From Gemmatimonadales bacterium (GTDB lineage Bacteria > Gemmatimonadota > Gemmatimonadetes > Gemmatimonadales > GWC2-71-9), in contig JBAUHI010000076.1 in assembly GCA_049680185.1 (NCBI GenBank), positions 4,339 to 68,338 of the forward strand: 64,000 nucleotides of DNA. The letters run 5' to 3'. Shown piece by piece: positions 1 to 7,513 of the stretch. The position numbers were made by a program, and so were the translations under genes. Numbering within the stretch: the first letter of the stretch is position 1; every line of letters starts with the position of its first letter. Under the pieces are notes generated by a model. It saw nothing but the letters and a program-made list of their open reading frames with translations, was not told the origin of the DNA and ran no database searches.

Positions 1-771
1 CTCATCCACATTGAGCCGCGCCAGTGCATCGATCGCGACGGCAGCGGTGATCTTGCCGCTGGCCCGCACCTCGGCAAAATCGCGCACCCGACGCAGCAAG
101 CGGTTGGCGACGCGCGGCGTGCCCCGGCTCCGGCGGGCGATCTCGAGCGCTCCCGCGGGTTCGATCGGCACCTTGAGCGTGGCAGCGGAGCGGGTCACGA
201 TGACGTGGAGGTCGGCCTCGGGATAGAAGCTCAGCCGTTCGACGATGCCGAACCGGGCGCGCATCGGAGGGGTCAGCAGGCCGAACCGGGTAGTGGCGCC
301 GATCAGCGTGAAGCGCTCCACGGTCATCGGGATGGTCTGGGCGTTGGGGCCGTCGGCGATCCGGACGTCCACCCGCCAGTCCTCCATCGCCGGGTAGAGG
401 AACTCCTCCAGCTGCGGGCGGAGCCGGTGGATCTCGTCGATGAACAGGATGTCGCCGCGGCCGAGCGTGGTGAGCAGTCCCACGAGGTCACCCGGTTTTT
501 CGAGCACCGGTCCGGACGTGGTGCGGAGCTGCACGCCCATCTCCCGGGCCAGCAACATCGCGAGCGTCGTTTTGCCGAGTCCGGGAGGGCCGAAGAAGAG
601 CAGGTGGTCGAGCGGCTCGTTCCTTTTCTGCGCCGCCTCGATGGCGATCTGCAACGACTGGCGCACTGCCTCCTGGCCCACGAACTCCGTCAGCCGCGAC
701 GGGCGCAGCGCGTGATCGACGACGGCCTCCTCGGGGAGGGCTTCGGGAGTAGTGATCTGGAGACGGGTCAT
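1..771 (-). CDS. ruvB: Holliday junction branch-migration ATPase RuvB (C-terminal end runs off the window start)
   Basis: Own minus-strand translation from ATG at 771-769: [71 protein letters not shown]... with Walker A GPPGLGKT. Absent from the ORF track because there is no stop inside the window. Confidence 0.95.
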   Translation of the reverse strand, partial: MTRLQITTPEALPEEAVVDHALRPSRLTEFVGQEAVRQSLQIAIEAAQKRNEPLDHLLFFGPPGLGKTTLAMLLAREMGVQLRTTSGPVLEKPGDLVGLLTTLGRGDILFIDEIHRLRPQLEEFLYPAMEDWRVDVRIADGPNAQTIPMTVERFTLIGATTRFGLLTPPMRARFGIVERLSFYPEADLHVIVTRSAATLKVPIEPAGALEIARRSRGTPRVANRLLRRVRDFAEVRASGKITAAVAIDALARLNVDE

Positions 772-784
772 GGTCGCGGAACGT

Positions 785-856
785 GTGAAGGGTGAAGGGT
801 GAACAGTAAGCGGGTGGGCATCAGCGTGTGCCCGTTGACTGTTTGCCGTTCACCGG
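785..856. repeat. Heptamer-array inverted repeat element, copy A
   Basis: Left arm 785-814 GTGAAGGGTGAAGGGTGAACAGTAAGCGGG, 16-nt loop, right arm 831-856 CCCGTTGACTGTTTGCCGTTCACCGG. Arms are imperfectly complementary. It fills the gap between the ruvB start and the upstream mini-ORF stop. Confidence 0.75.
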
Positions 857-859
857 TCG

Positions 860-1033
860 TCACGCCAACTTCGCATCCCACCGCACCGGGCGCTCGCCGA
901 TGGTCACGACATGGCGGGCGCGACAGGTGACACAGCGATCAGTGGTCTCTTCGGCGTCCTCCGCAATGAGACGCCGATTGGTGGTCCCGCACCGCGTGCA
1001 GATCCACTCGGCCGTGACGGCGACGATGGGCAT
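860..1033 (-). CDS. 57-aa zinc-ribbon mini-protein (CxxC...CxxC), hypothetical
   Basis: Own translation: MPIVAVTAEWICTRCGTTNRRLIAEDAEETTDRCVTCRARHVVTIGERPVRWDAKLA. GGAG lies 7 nt upstream of the ATG. Third codon positions are GC-rich like the neighbours. It falls below the length cutoff of the ORF track. Confidence 0.55.
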   Translation of the reverse strand: MPIVAVTAEWICTRCGTTNRRLIAEDAEETTDRCVTCRARHVVTIGERPVRWDAKLA

Positions 1034-1068
1034 GGGGGCTCCGGGTGCGTGAACTATGAGGTGCAGGT

Positions 1069-1110
1069 TATCAGCTTTCGGCTATCGGCTATCGGCTATC
1101 AGCTATCAGC
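1069..1110. repeat. Tandem heptamer array TATCRGC x6
   Basis: Read directly: TATCAGC TTTCGGC TATCGGC TATCGGC TATCAGC TATCAGC. It lies between the ruvA stop (1138) and the mini-ORF start (1033). Confidence 0.85.
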
Positions 1111-1137
1111 GCGCGGTGGAGGATCGCGGTGCGTCAT

Positions 1138-1728
1138 TCACTTCCCCGCCAGCCGTTGGAGTGCCCGCCGCACCAACTGGCTGGTCTCCTCGGGTGTCCC
1201 TGAATCGAGCTCGGCGCGGACCGCAATTTCGGAGTGCGAGGCGGAGTAGCCGAGGGCGGTGAGCGCCGCCACGGCGGCGGACCCCGCCGCGGGCGATCCG
1301 GGGAGCGGCGCCGCATCGGCCAGTTCCTTGAATCGATCCTGAAGTTCCAACACGATCCGCTCCGCCTTCTTCTTGCCGATCCCAGTGACGCTGGCAAGTG
1401 CTGCGAGGTCGCGATCCCGGATGCTGCGTGCCGCGCGTGCAGGGCCGAGTGCCGAAAGGACGGCCAGCGCGAGCTTGGGGCCGACGCCACTGGCGCTGAG
1501 GAGTCGCTGGAACACCGTGCGCTCGAACGGGTCGTCGAATCCGTAGAGCGACCAACCGTCCTCGCGCACCACCAGCTCGGTGTGGAGGCTCACACGCTCG
1601 CCCACCGCTGGCAGGCGTTCGTGGACGCCGAGCGGCACCGACACCGCGTAGCCCACGCCACCCTGGGTCTGGATGATGACGGTGCCGCCGTCGATCGCTG
1701 CGATGAGCCCCGCGACCGATGCGATCAC
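1138..1728 (-). CDS. ruvA: Holliday junction DNA helicase subunit RuvA
   Basis: ORF 1138..1728: MIASVAGLIAAIDGGTVIIQTQGGVGYAVSVP..., helix-hairpin-helix stretches LLSASGVGPKLALAVLSAL and GIGKKKAERIVLEL. The GTG start overlaps the ruvC stop (GTGA). Confidence 0.93.
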   Translation of the reverse strand: MIASVAGLIAAIDGGTVIIQTQGGVGYAVSVPLGVHERLPAVGERVSLHTELVVREDGWSLYGFDDPFERTVFQRLLSASGVGPKLALAVLSALGPARAARSIRDRDLAALASVTGIGKKKAERIVLELQDRFKELADAAPLPGSPAAGSAAVAALTALGYSASHSEIAVRAELDSGTPEETSQLVRRALQRLAGK

Positions 1729-2231
1729 CGGGTGACCAGCCGTGCCGCCGCCGGGCCGCGCTTGAGCAGGTGGGTCAGCGCGATGGCCACCGCGTCAGCT
1801 GCGTCCGCCGGACTCGGCGCGCGGGTGAGCCGGAGCAGCTGGGCCACCATGTAGGCGACCTGTGGCTTGGCCGCGCCGCCGCGACCGACCACCGTCTGCT
1901 TCACCACTGCAGGCGAGTATTCCACGACCGGGAGGCCCGCCTCGGCCGCGGCGAGGAGGATGACGCCGCGGGCGTGGCCGAGCACGATGGTCGTTCGGAC
2001 GTTGCGGGCGTAAAAGATCCCTTCGACCGAGAGGATATCGGGGCGGTGGCGCTGGATCAGCTCGGCGACGCCGTCGTGCACCACCCGAAGGCGTTCGGGC
2101 AGGGTCTCGCGTGCGGTGGTGCGAATGACACCGCATTCGATGAGTGAGGGGCGGACGCCCCGGCCCGCCCCTCCATCCACCACCCCGAATCCGGCGATCG
2201 CCGTACCCGGATCGATGCCCAGGACCCTCAG
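1725..2231 (-). CDS. ruvC: Crossover junction endodeoxyribonuclease RuvC, probable CTG start
   Basis: The track ORF 1725..2183 lacks the catalytic N-terminus. Reading the same frame upstream gives (L)RVLGIDPGTAIAGFGVVDGG. There is no ATG/GTG/TTG between the upstream stop (2294-2292) and 2183. CTG at 2231-2229 gives the canonical MRVLGIDPG N-terminus and overlaps the yebC stop. Confidence 0.8.
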   Translation of the reverse strand: MRVLGIDPGTAIAGFGVVDGGAGRGVRPSLIECGVIRTTARETLPERLRVVHDGVAELIQRHRPDILSVEGIFYARNVRTTIVLGHARGVILLAAAEAGLPVVEYSPAVVKQTVVGRGGAAKPQVAYMVAQLLRLTRAPSPADAADAVAIALTHLLKRGPAAARLVTR

Positions 2232-2980
2232 GCGTCGGCCTCGGCCATCGTGGAGGCGTCGATGTCGAAGTTGGAGAAGACCTTGGCCACATCATCGAGC
2301 TCTTCCAGTGCATCGAGGAGCTTGAGCAGTGTGTCGGCGTCCTTGCCCTCGACCTTGACCGTGTTCTTCGGCACCATGGCGATCTCGGCAGAGTCGGGGA
2401 CCAACTTGCGAGAGCGGAGCATTGCGTCGACCGCGTGGAACTCAGCCGGAGTGGTGGAGATGACGTACTGATCGCCATCGCGGGCAAAGTCCTCTGCACC
2501 GCACTCGAGCGCGATGGTGAGCGCTGCGTCCTCATCCGCATACCTGGTCGCATCGAGCGTGACCTGCCCCCGACGGTCGAACATCCAGGAGACCGAGTTG
2601 GCGGCGCCCAGATTGCCGCCATTGCGGCTGAAGGCGTGCCGGATGTCGGCCACGGTGCGGGTCGGGTTGTCGCTGGTGGCCTCGATGAAGATGGCGACGC
2701 CGCCCGGGCCGTATCCCTCGTAGCTCAACTCCTGGATCGTCTCGCCTTCGAGTTCACCGGTCCCCTTCTTGACGGCGCGCTCGATGTTCTCCTTGGGCAT
2801 GTTGACGGCCTGGGCCGCGTCGATCGCGGTCCGCAGGCGCGGATTGCCACCGGGGTCGCCGCCGCCGGCCTTGGCCGCGATCGTGATCTCGCGGATCACC
2901 TTGGTCCACGACGAGGCCCGCCGCGAATCGGTGACGGCCTTCTTGCGCTTGATCTGTTTCCACTTGCTGTGACCGGCCAT
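2228..2980 (-). CDS. yebC: YebC/PmpR family DNA-binding transcriptional regulator
   Basis: Internal ATG at 2980 gives MAGHSKWKQIKRKKAVTDSRRASSWTKVIREITIAAKAGGGDPGGNPRLRTAIDAA..., the hallmark YebC N-terminus. The longer track ORF (to 3097) adds 39 non-homologous residues. Confidence 0.92.
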   Translation of the reverse strand: MAGHSKWKQIKRKKAVTDSRRASSWTKVIREITIAAKAGGGDPGGNPRLRTAIDAAQAVNMPKENIERAVKKGTGELEGETIQELSYEGYGPGGVAIFIEATSDNPTRTVADIRHAFSRNGGNLGAANSVSWMFDRRGQVTLDATRYADEDAALTIALECGAEDFARDGDQYVISTTPAEFHAVDAMLRSRKLVPDSAEIAMVPKNTVKVEGKDADTLLKLLDALEELDDVAKVFSNFDIDASTMAEADA

Positions 2981-3102
2981 CGTCCGCTCCGGGAGTCCCA
3001 CCGACAGGTGCCGTCCAGAATGTCGAAAATTAGGCCGCGGCGAGGGTCGATGCAATGTGGCGGGTTGACCGGATCGAGCGTCGCTCTTAGTCTCCACCGC
3101 CT

Positions 3103-3519
3103 ATGAAGCGATCATTCTTGGCATTGGCGGCGCTGGTGGTGGTGCTCCCATCCTGTCGCCCTGACCGTCCGAAGCTTCCCGACCTCCCGGCCGCGTTCAA
3201 CACGTTGCCGTTGCCGCCGGACGCGGAGTTCATCGCGCGCACCGGCAGCGCCGATGCACTGATGCTCACCTTCCGGACGCCGCTCGTCGCCGACTCCGCC
3301 ACGGCCTACTATCGTCGCCTGTTCCACGCCGACACGAGCTACCACATGTTCGGCGACACCCAGGGCGACTCGGGTGAGCACGCGTACTATGTGGAAAAGG
3401 CCACGCGGCCGCTCTGGGTACGGATCCGTCCGGATGCGGGGTCGGGCGGCTCGGTGGTGGAGCTCACCGGGGCGGTGGTGACTCCGCACGATTCGACCGC
3501 ACCGTCCGCCAAGAAGTGA
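3103..3519 (+). CDS. Hypothetical lipoprotein
   Basis: MKRSFLALAALVVVLPSCRPD: signal peptide with a lipobox-like LPSC. 138 aa, no recognisable domain. Confidence 0.6.
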   Translation: MKRSFLALAALVVVLPSCRPDRPKLPDLPAAFNTLPLPPDAEFIARTGSADALMLTFRTPLVADSATAYYRRLFHADTSYHMFGDTQGDSGEHAYYVEKATRPLWVRIRPDAGSGGSVVELTGAVVTPHDSTAPSAKK

Positions 3520-3520
3520 T

Positions 3521-4393
3521 TCAGCGCGCCGGGTCGAGCATGTCCTCGAACCGGAGCCACCGTTGATAAAAGTACAGGTCGATGAACCCGGTGGGTCCGT
3601 TCCGGTTCTTGGCCACGAGTAGTTCCGTCGCACCTTCCATCCCCCCGCCCGGCCGGTACATCTCCTCCCGATAGAGCGCCAGCACCACGTCGGCGTGTTG
3701 CTTCACCTGTCCCTTCCCGCCCAGATCGTCCAGGGTGGGCCGCGGGTCATCCCGGGTCGGGACGTGGTCGGGCAGTTGGGCCACTGCGAGCACGGCAGTG
3801 TCGAACTCCAACGCCAACGCCTTGAGTCCTCGCACTGCCAACGCCGCGGCGTCCTCCGCCGACCCGGCCGCCACCGGTGGTGCCACGAGCTGGAGGTAGT
3901 CCACCACCAGGAGCGCCGGGCGAGGCACCACGCGCAAGGCCTCTCCGATCTCGGAAAAGGTCCTCCCGGCCAGGGGCTGGATGATGAGTGGCAGGTCGCG
4001 CAACCGGAGCGCGGCGGCCCCCACTTGTGCACGACGTAGGTCATCGAGCTTGCCACCCCTCAGTTCATCGATGGTGGCCCGGCCCTCGATGGCGAGCGCT
4101 CGTTCCAGCACCCGGTCATCCGACATCTCGCCGGTGAGGAACACTACCGGCGCGCCGGACGCCGCCGCGCGCAGCGCCATCCCGAGCGCCAGCGCCGACT
4201 TCCCGCTCCCGATGTCGCCGCCCAGCACCACCAGGTCGCGGCGTCGAAGTCCACCGCCCAAGAGCCGGTCGACGCTGGCAAATCCGGTCGCCACGGTGTC
4301 CTGGGGCGGGGCTCCATCGGCCACGGCGTCGCTTCTGGCGACGAGCGATTCGGCAGATGCGCGGGGCGGGCGTTTGCGGGACGGGGCGGGCAT
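3521..4393 (-). CDS. DnaB-helicase C-terminal (RecA-fold) domain protein lacking the DnaB N-terminal domain
   Basis: GFASVDRLLGGGLRRRDLVVLGGDIGSGKSALALGMAL (Walker A), LLVVDYLQLV (Walker B-like), and the C-terminal NRNGPTGFIDLYFYQRWLRFED typical of DnaB. Only 290 aa. Confidence 0.7.
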   Translation of the reverse strand: MPAPSRKRPPRASAESLVARSDAVADGAPPQDTVATGFASVDRLLGGGLRRRDLVVLGGDIGSGKSALALGMALRAAASGAPVVFLTGEMSDDRVLERALAIEGRATIDELRGGKLDDLRRAQVGAAALRLRDLPLIIQPLAGRTFSEIGEALRVVPRPALLVVDYLQLVAPPVAAGSAEDAAALAVRGLKALALEFDTAVLAVAQLPDHVPTRDDPRPTLDDLGGKGQVKQHADVVLALYREEMYRPGGGMEGATELLVAKNRNGPTGFIDLYFYQRWLRFEDMLDPAR

Positions 4394-4425
4394 GTCGAGA
4401 AGATACTGCGCGTGGCGCCCGGTGG

Positions 4426-4806
4426 TCAGGCGCGGGCGGTGGCGCGGGCAGCGCGTGCGGCCTGGGCCACCGCCTCAGCGGCGTCGATCCCGATCCCTTC
4501 GCGCACCGGCGCCACGAGGTGACTCAGTGCCACTGCGGCCGCGGTCCCGGTCCCGTCCTCGAGAGTCGCCAGTGCGCCCGCCAGCGCCCGGCGAAGCGGT
4601 GGGGTGACGGTGAGACTCGACAGTCGGTGTGCCAGTGCGTCGAGCCGGCGATGGCGGGCGCGGTCGCCGAGGGGCGGCGTGAGCGTCAGGTCGTGGGCGA
4701 TGCGGACCACGAGCCACACCGCGTAGATCCCCTCACGCTTCGGCCCGCGCACCGCGGCGCCGAGGAGCGAGGCGAGCGTGGCGGTCGCGCTGGTCCAGCC
4801 GCTCAC
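4426..4806 (-). CDS. Hypothetical protein (126 aa)
   Basis: The lower part of track ORF 4426..5322 is open. GTG at 4806-4804 overlaps the TGA of the upstream GT9 gene (GTGA coupling). Ala/Leu-rich helical sequence with no recognised domain. Confidence 0.4.
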   Translation of the reverse strand: MSGWTSATATLASLLGAAVRGPKREGIYAVWLVVRIAHDLTLTPPLGDRARHRRLDALAHRLSSLTVTPPLRRALAGALATLEDGTGTAAAVALSHLVAPVREGIGIDAAEAVAQAARAARATARA

Positions 4807-5816
4807 CGGACCCACGTCAGCAGTGCAGCTTCCACCCTCGCGACCTCCATCAGTCGCAAGCAATCGTGGTGGCCCAGCGGGCAGCGGGCGCTCCCGTGCG
4901 CAGAACAGGGACGGCAGTCGAGGTCGCGTTGGACGATCGTTGCGGCCGCAGTGTATGGTGCGAACCCGAACTGGGGTACGGTCGGGCCGAAGAGCGCCAC
5001 GACCGGTGTGGCCACCGCGGTCGCGAGGTGCATCACGCCGGTGTCGCCCGCGACCGTTGCGGCCGCGCGCTGGAGCAGTGCCGCCGTCTCGATCAACGAT
5101 ATGGCACCGGCGGCGTTGGCGCCCGCCGCTCCCGCGGCCGCGGCCACTTCGGCCGCGACCACGCGGTCTTCCGGCCCGCCCACGGTGACGATGCCGATCC
5201 CGCGCTTGGCCAGGGAGGTGGCGAGCGCCACCCACGACTCGGCCGGCCAGCGCTTGGTCGCGTGCGCCGCGCCAGGGGCGAGGGCCACGAATCGGCGCGG
5301 GATCTGCCGCTCCGCGAGCCATGCATCGGCGGTGCGGGCCGCGGTGGCAGGCACGAAGACCTCGGGTGGGCCGCCATCCGGATGCACGTCAAGGTCGCGC
5401 GCGGCCTCGAAATATCGTTCCGGGGTGGGCACCTGGTCCCGGTACCAGTCACGATGGAGGTGGATCAGGGCCCAGCGCGCCACGGCGCGCTTCCCGTAGC
5501 CGCGCCACCGCCCCGGCACCAGCAGCCGGAGTGCCCGGCTCCGGAGCGAGCCGTGCAGGTCGAGGCAATGGGTGAACCGTTCGCGGCGCAGGCGGCGGGC
5601 GATCGACCCGAGCGACTCCCCCGGCTCGAGCGCCAGGACCTCGTTGACGCGCGGATCGTCCTGAAGCAGGGGGACCAAAGCGCGCTTGGTCAACACCGCG
5701 AGATGGGCGTCGGGGTGACGGGCCCGGATGGCGCGAAGCAGCGGGGTGACGAGGATGACATCGCCGATCGAGCTCAGGCGGACGGCGAGGATGCGCGGGG
5801 CGGTGGCGAGGGGCAC
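4803..5816 (-). CDS. Glycosyltransferase family 9 (LPS heptosyltransferase-like)
   Basis: RILAVRLSSIGDVILVTPLLRAIRARHP at the N-terminus, ...AGDTGVMHLATAVATPVVALFGPT near the C-terminus. This is the typical WaaC/WaaF-type pattern. Confidence 0.85.
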   Translation of the reverse strand: MPLATAPRILAVRLSSIGDVILVTPLLRAIRARHPDAHLAVLTKRALVPLLQDDPRVNEVLALEPGESLGSIARRLRRERFTHCLDLHGSLRSRALRLLVPGRWRGYGKRAVARWALIHLHRDWYRDQVPTPERYFEAARDLDVHPDGGPPEVFVPATAARTADAWLAERQIPRRFVALAPGAAHATKRWPAESWVALATSLAKRGIGIVTVGGPEDRVVAAEVAAAAGAAGANAAGAISLIETAALLQRAAATVAGDTGVMHLATAVATPVVALFGPTVPQFGFAPYTAAATIVQRDLDCRPCSAHGSARCPLGHHDCLRLMEVARVEAALLTWVR

Positions 5817-5839
5817 CGGGAGAATGTACGTCGGGATCC

Positions 5840-5928
5840 GGTGAACGGTAAACGGGCCACGGTGAACGGGGTCACCGGGTCGACCCGTTCACCGTTCACC
5901 TTTCACTGTTCTCCGTTCCCTGTTCACG
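5840..5928. repeat. Heptamer-array inverted repeat element, copy B
   Basis: GGTGAACGGTAAACGGGCCACGGTGAACGGGGTC-ACCGG-GTCGACCCGTTCACCGTTCACCTTTCACTGTTCTCCGTTCCCTGTTCACGG. It lies in the divergent gap between the GT9 start (5816) and the PorX-like start (5942). Confidence 0.8.
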
Positions 5929-5941
5929 GTAGCTTTCCATC

Positions 5942-7513
5942 ATGTCCCGTCCCAAGAGCATTCTGTGGGTCGACGATGAGATCGACAGCCTCACGTCGCA
6001 CGTGCTGTTCCTCGAACAGCAGGGGTTTGCGGTGGAGCGCGCCGCCCACGGCGACGATGCGCTGGTGCTGCTGCAGCGTCAGCCGTATGGCGTGGTGCTC
6101 CTGGACGAACAGATGCCGGGTCGGCGCGGGCTCGAGCTCTTCCGCGACATCCGCGCCATCGACCAGGCGATGCCGGTGGTCATGGTCACCAAGAGCGAAG
6201 AGCCCGACACCCTGCGTGATGCCATCGGGGCGGAGGTCTCCGACTACCTGATCAAGCCGGTCAACCCGCGCCAGGTGCTCTCGGTGGTGACCCGACTGCT
6301 GGAAGGCGATCGCATCCGGCAACAGCGCTTGGCGCGGGACTTCGCCACCCGTTTCCGCGAGCTGGAAGCGCGTCGGGGTGACCACCTCGGTTGGCGCGAA
6401 TGGATGGAGTTGACCGCGGAGCTGGCGCAATGGGAGGTGCGGTTGGGCGAGGCCGAGGAGCGTGGCCTGCAGGATGCGCTCCGCACCTTGCAGGAGAGCC
6501 TGCGCCCCGATTTCGCCCGCTTCGTGGCCGGAAACTATCCGAGCTGGCTGCGGGAGGATTCCGATCGACCGCCCTTGTCGGTGGACATCGGGGCGGAGTT
6601 CCTCCAGCCGGTGCTGGAGGCGCACGGGAAGGCCTTGTTCATCGTGCTCGATTGCCTGCGGTTGGATCAGTGGGAGGTCCTCCACCCGCTGATGGCGCGC
6701 TGGTTCGACATCGAGACCGCGCACTACTTCTCCATCGTGCCGACGGCCACGCCGTTCGCCCGGAACGCCATCTTCAGCGGGCTCCTGCCGAAGGATCTCG
6801 CGACACGCCATCCCGAGTGGGTCCGGTCGCCCGATGACGATTCGAGCCTGAACGCGCACGAGGCGCAGCTCCTCGCCGAGCAGCTGCAGGAACTCACCGG
6901 CCGCGCGGTCCCGGTCCGGTACGAGAAGCTCTTCACCGCCCAGGACGGCGATTCGCTCCTTCGGCGTCTGCCGTCGCACCTGGCGCAGGACGGGGTCACC
7001 GCCCTGGTCTTCAACTTCATCGACCAGCTCACCCACGGGCGCACCGAGCACACGATGCTCTTCGAGGTGGCACGCGATGCGGCGGCGATGCGGAGCCTTA
7101 CCCGCAGCTGGTTCGAGCGCTCGGCACTGCTGGAGGCACTCAAGGAGGCCGAACGCCGCAACGTACCGGTGCTCCTGACGAGCGACCACGGGTCCATCCA
7201 TTGCCACACGCCGGCCACCGTGTTCGCCAAGCGGGACGTGACGTCCAACTTGCGGTACAAGTTCGGCGATGACTTGAAGGCCGAAGATCCCGAGGCCGCC
7301 GTCACCGTGACCGACCTGGCCGCGTGGGGACTCCCATCGCGGGGGCCGCACGAGCGCCTGCTGCTGGCCACCGGCGACCGCTTCTTCGTCTATCCCACGA
7401 AGCTGCGGGAGTACCAGGCGCGCTATCGGGGGGCGTTCCTCCATGGCGGTGTGGCCCCGGAAGAGGTGATCCTGCCCATCGCACTCCTCACACCCCGCCG
7501 CGCGCGTCCGTGA
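5942..7513 (+). CDS. PorX-like response regulator: CheY receiver fused to a PglZ/alkaline-phosphatase-superfamily domain
   Basis: Receiver: ILWVDDEIDSL...VVLLDEQMPGRRGLE...VVMVTKS...YLIKP. C-terminal part: FIVLDCLRLDQWE, PTATPFARNAIFSGL, LLTSDHGSIH, as in PglZ domains. Confidence 0.8.
   Translation: MSRPKSILWVDDEIDSLTSHVLFLEQQGFAVERAAHGDDALVLLQRQPYGVVLLDEQMPGRRGLELFRDIRAIDQAMPVVMVTKSEEPDTLRDAIGAEVSDYLIKPVNPRQVLSVVTRLLEGDRIRQQRLARDFATRFRELEARRGDHLGWREWMELTAELAQWEVRLGEAEERGLQDALRTLQESLRPDFARFVAGNYPSWLREDSDRPPLSVDIGAEFLQPVLEAHGKALFIVLDCLRLDQWEVLHPLMARWFDIETAHYFSIVPTATPFARNAIFSGLLPKDLATRHPEWVRSPDDDSSLNAHEAQLLAEQLQELTGRAVPVRYEKLFTAQDGDSLLRRLPSHLAQDGVTALVFNFIDQLTHGRTEHTMLFEVARDAAAMRSLTRSWFERSALLEALKEAERRNVPVLLTSDHGSIHCHTPATVFAKRDVTSNLRYKFGDDLKAEDPEAAVTVTDLAAWGLPSRGPHERLLLATGDRFFVYPTKLREYQARYRGAFLHGGVAPEEVILPIALLTPRRARP

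Noticed and set aside
3521-4393. DnaB-like gene as evidence of a prophage or plasmid replication module.
   Set aside because: There are no phage structural, integrase, primase or repressor genes nearby. The flanking genes are housekeeping, and the composition is host-like.
5924-7444. 506-aa minus-strand ORF antisense to the PorX-like gene. The same applies to 7423..9252 (609 aa, antisense to the MsbA-like gene), 16313..19042 (909 aa, antisense to PBP1A) and 22892..25369 (825 aa, antisense to the OMP/DUF4390 genes).
   Set aside because: These are shadow ORFs typical of very GC-rich DNA. The translations are Arg/Pro/Gly/His-rich with no motifs, while the opposite strand encodes proteins with clear family signatures.
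5942-7513. PglZ domain as a marker of a BREX/phage-defence locus.
   Set aside because: No PglX methyltransferase, BrxC ATPase, BrxL or other BREX genes are nearby. The PglZ domain is fused to a CheY receiver (PorX-type architecture) inside an envelope glycan operon.
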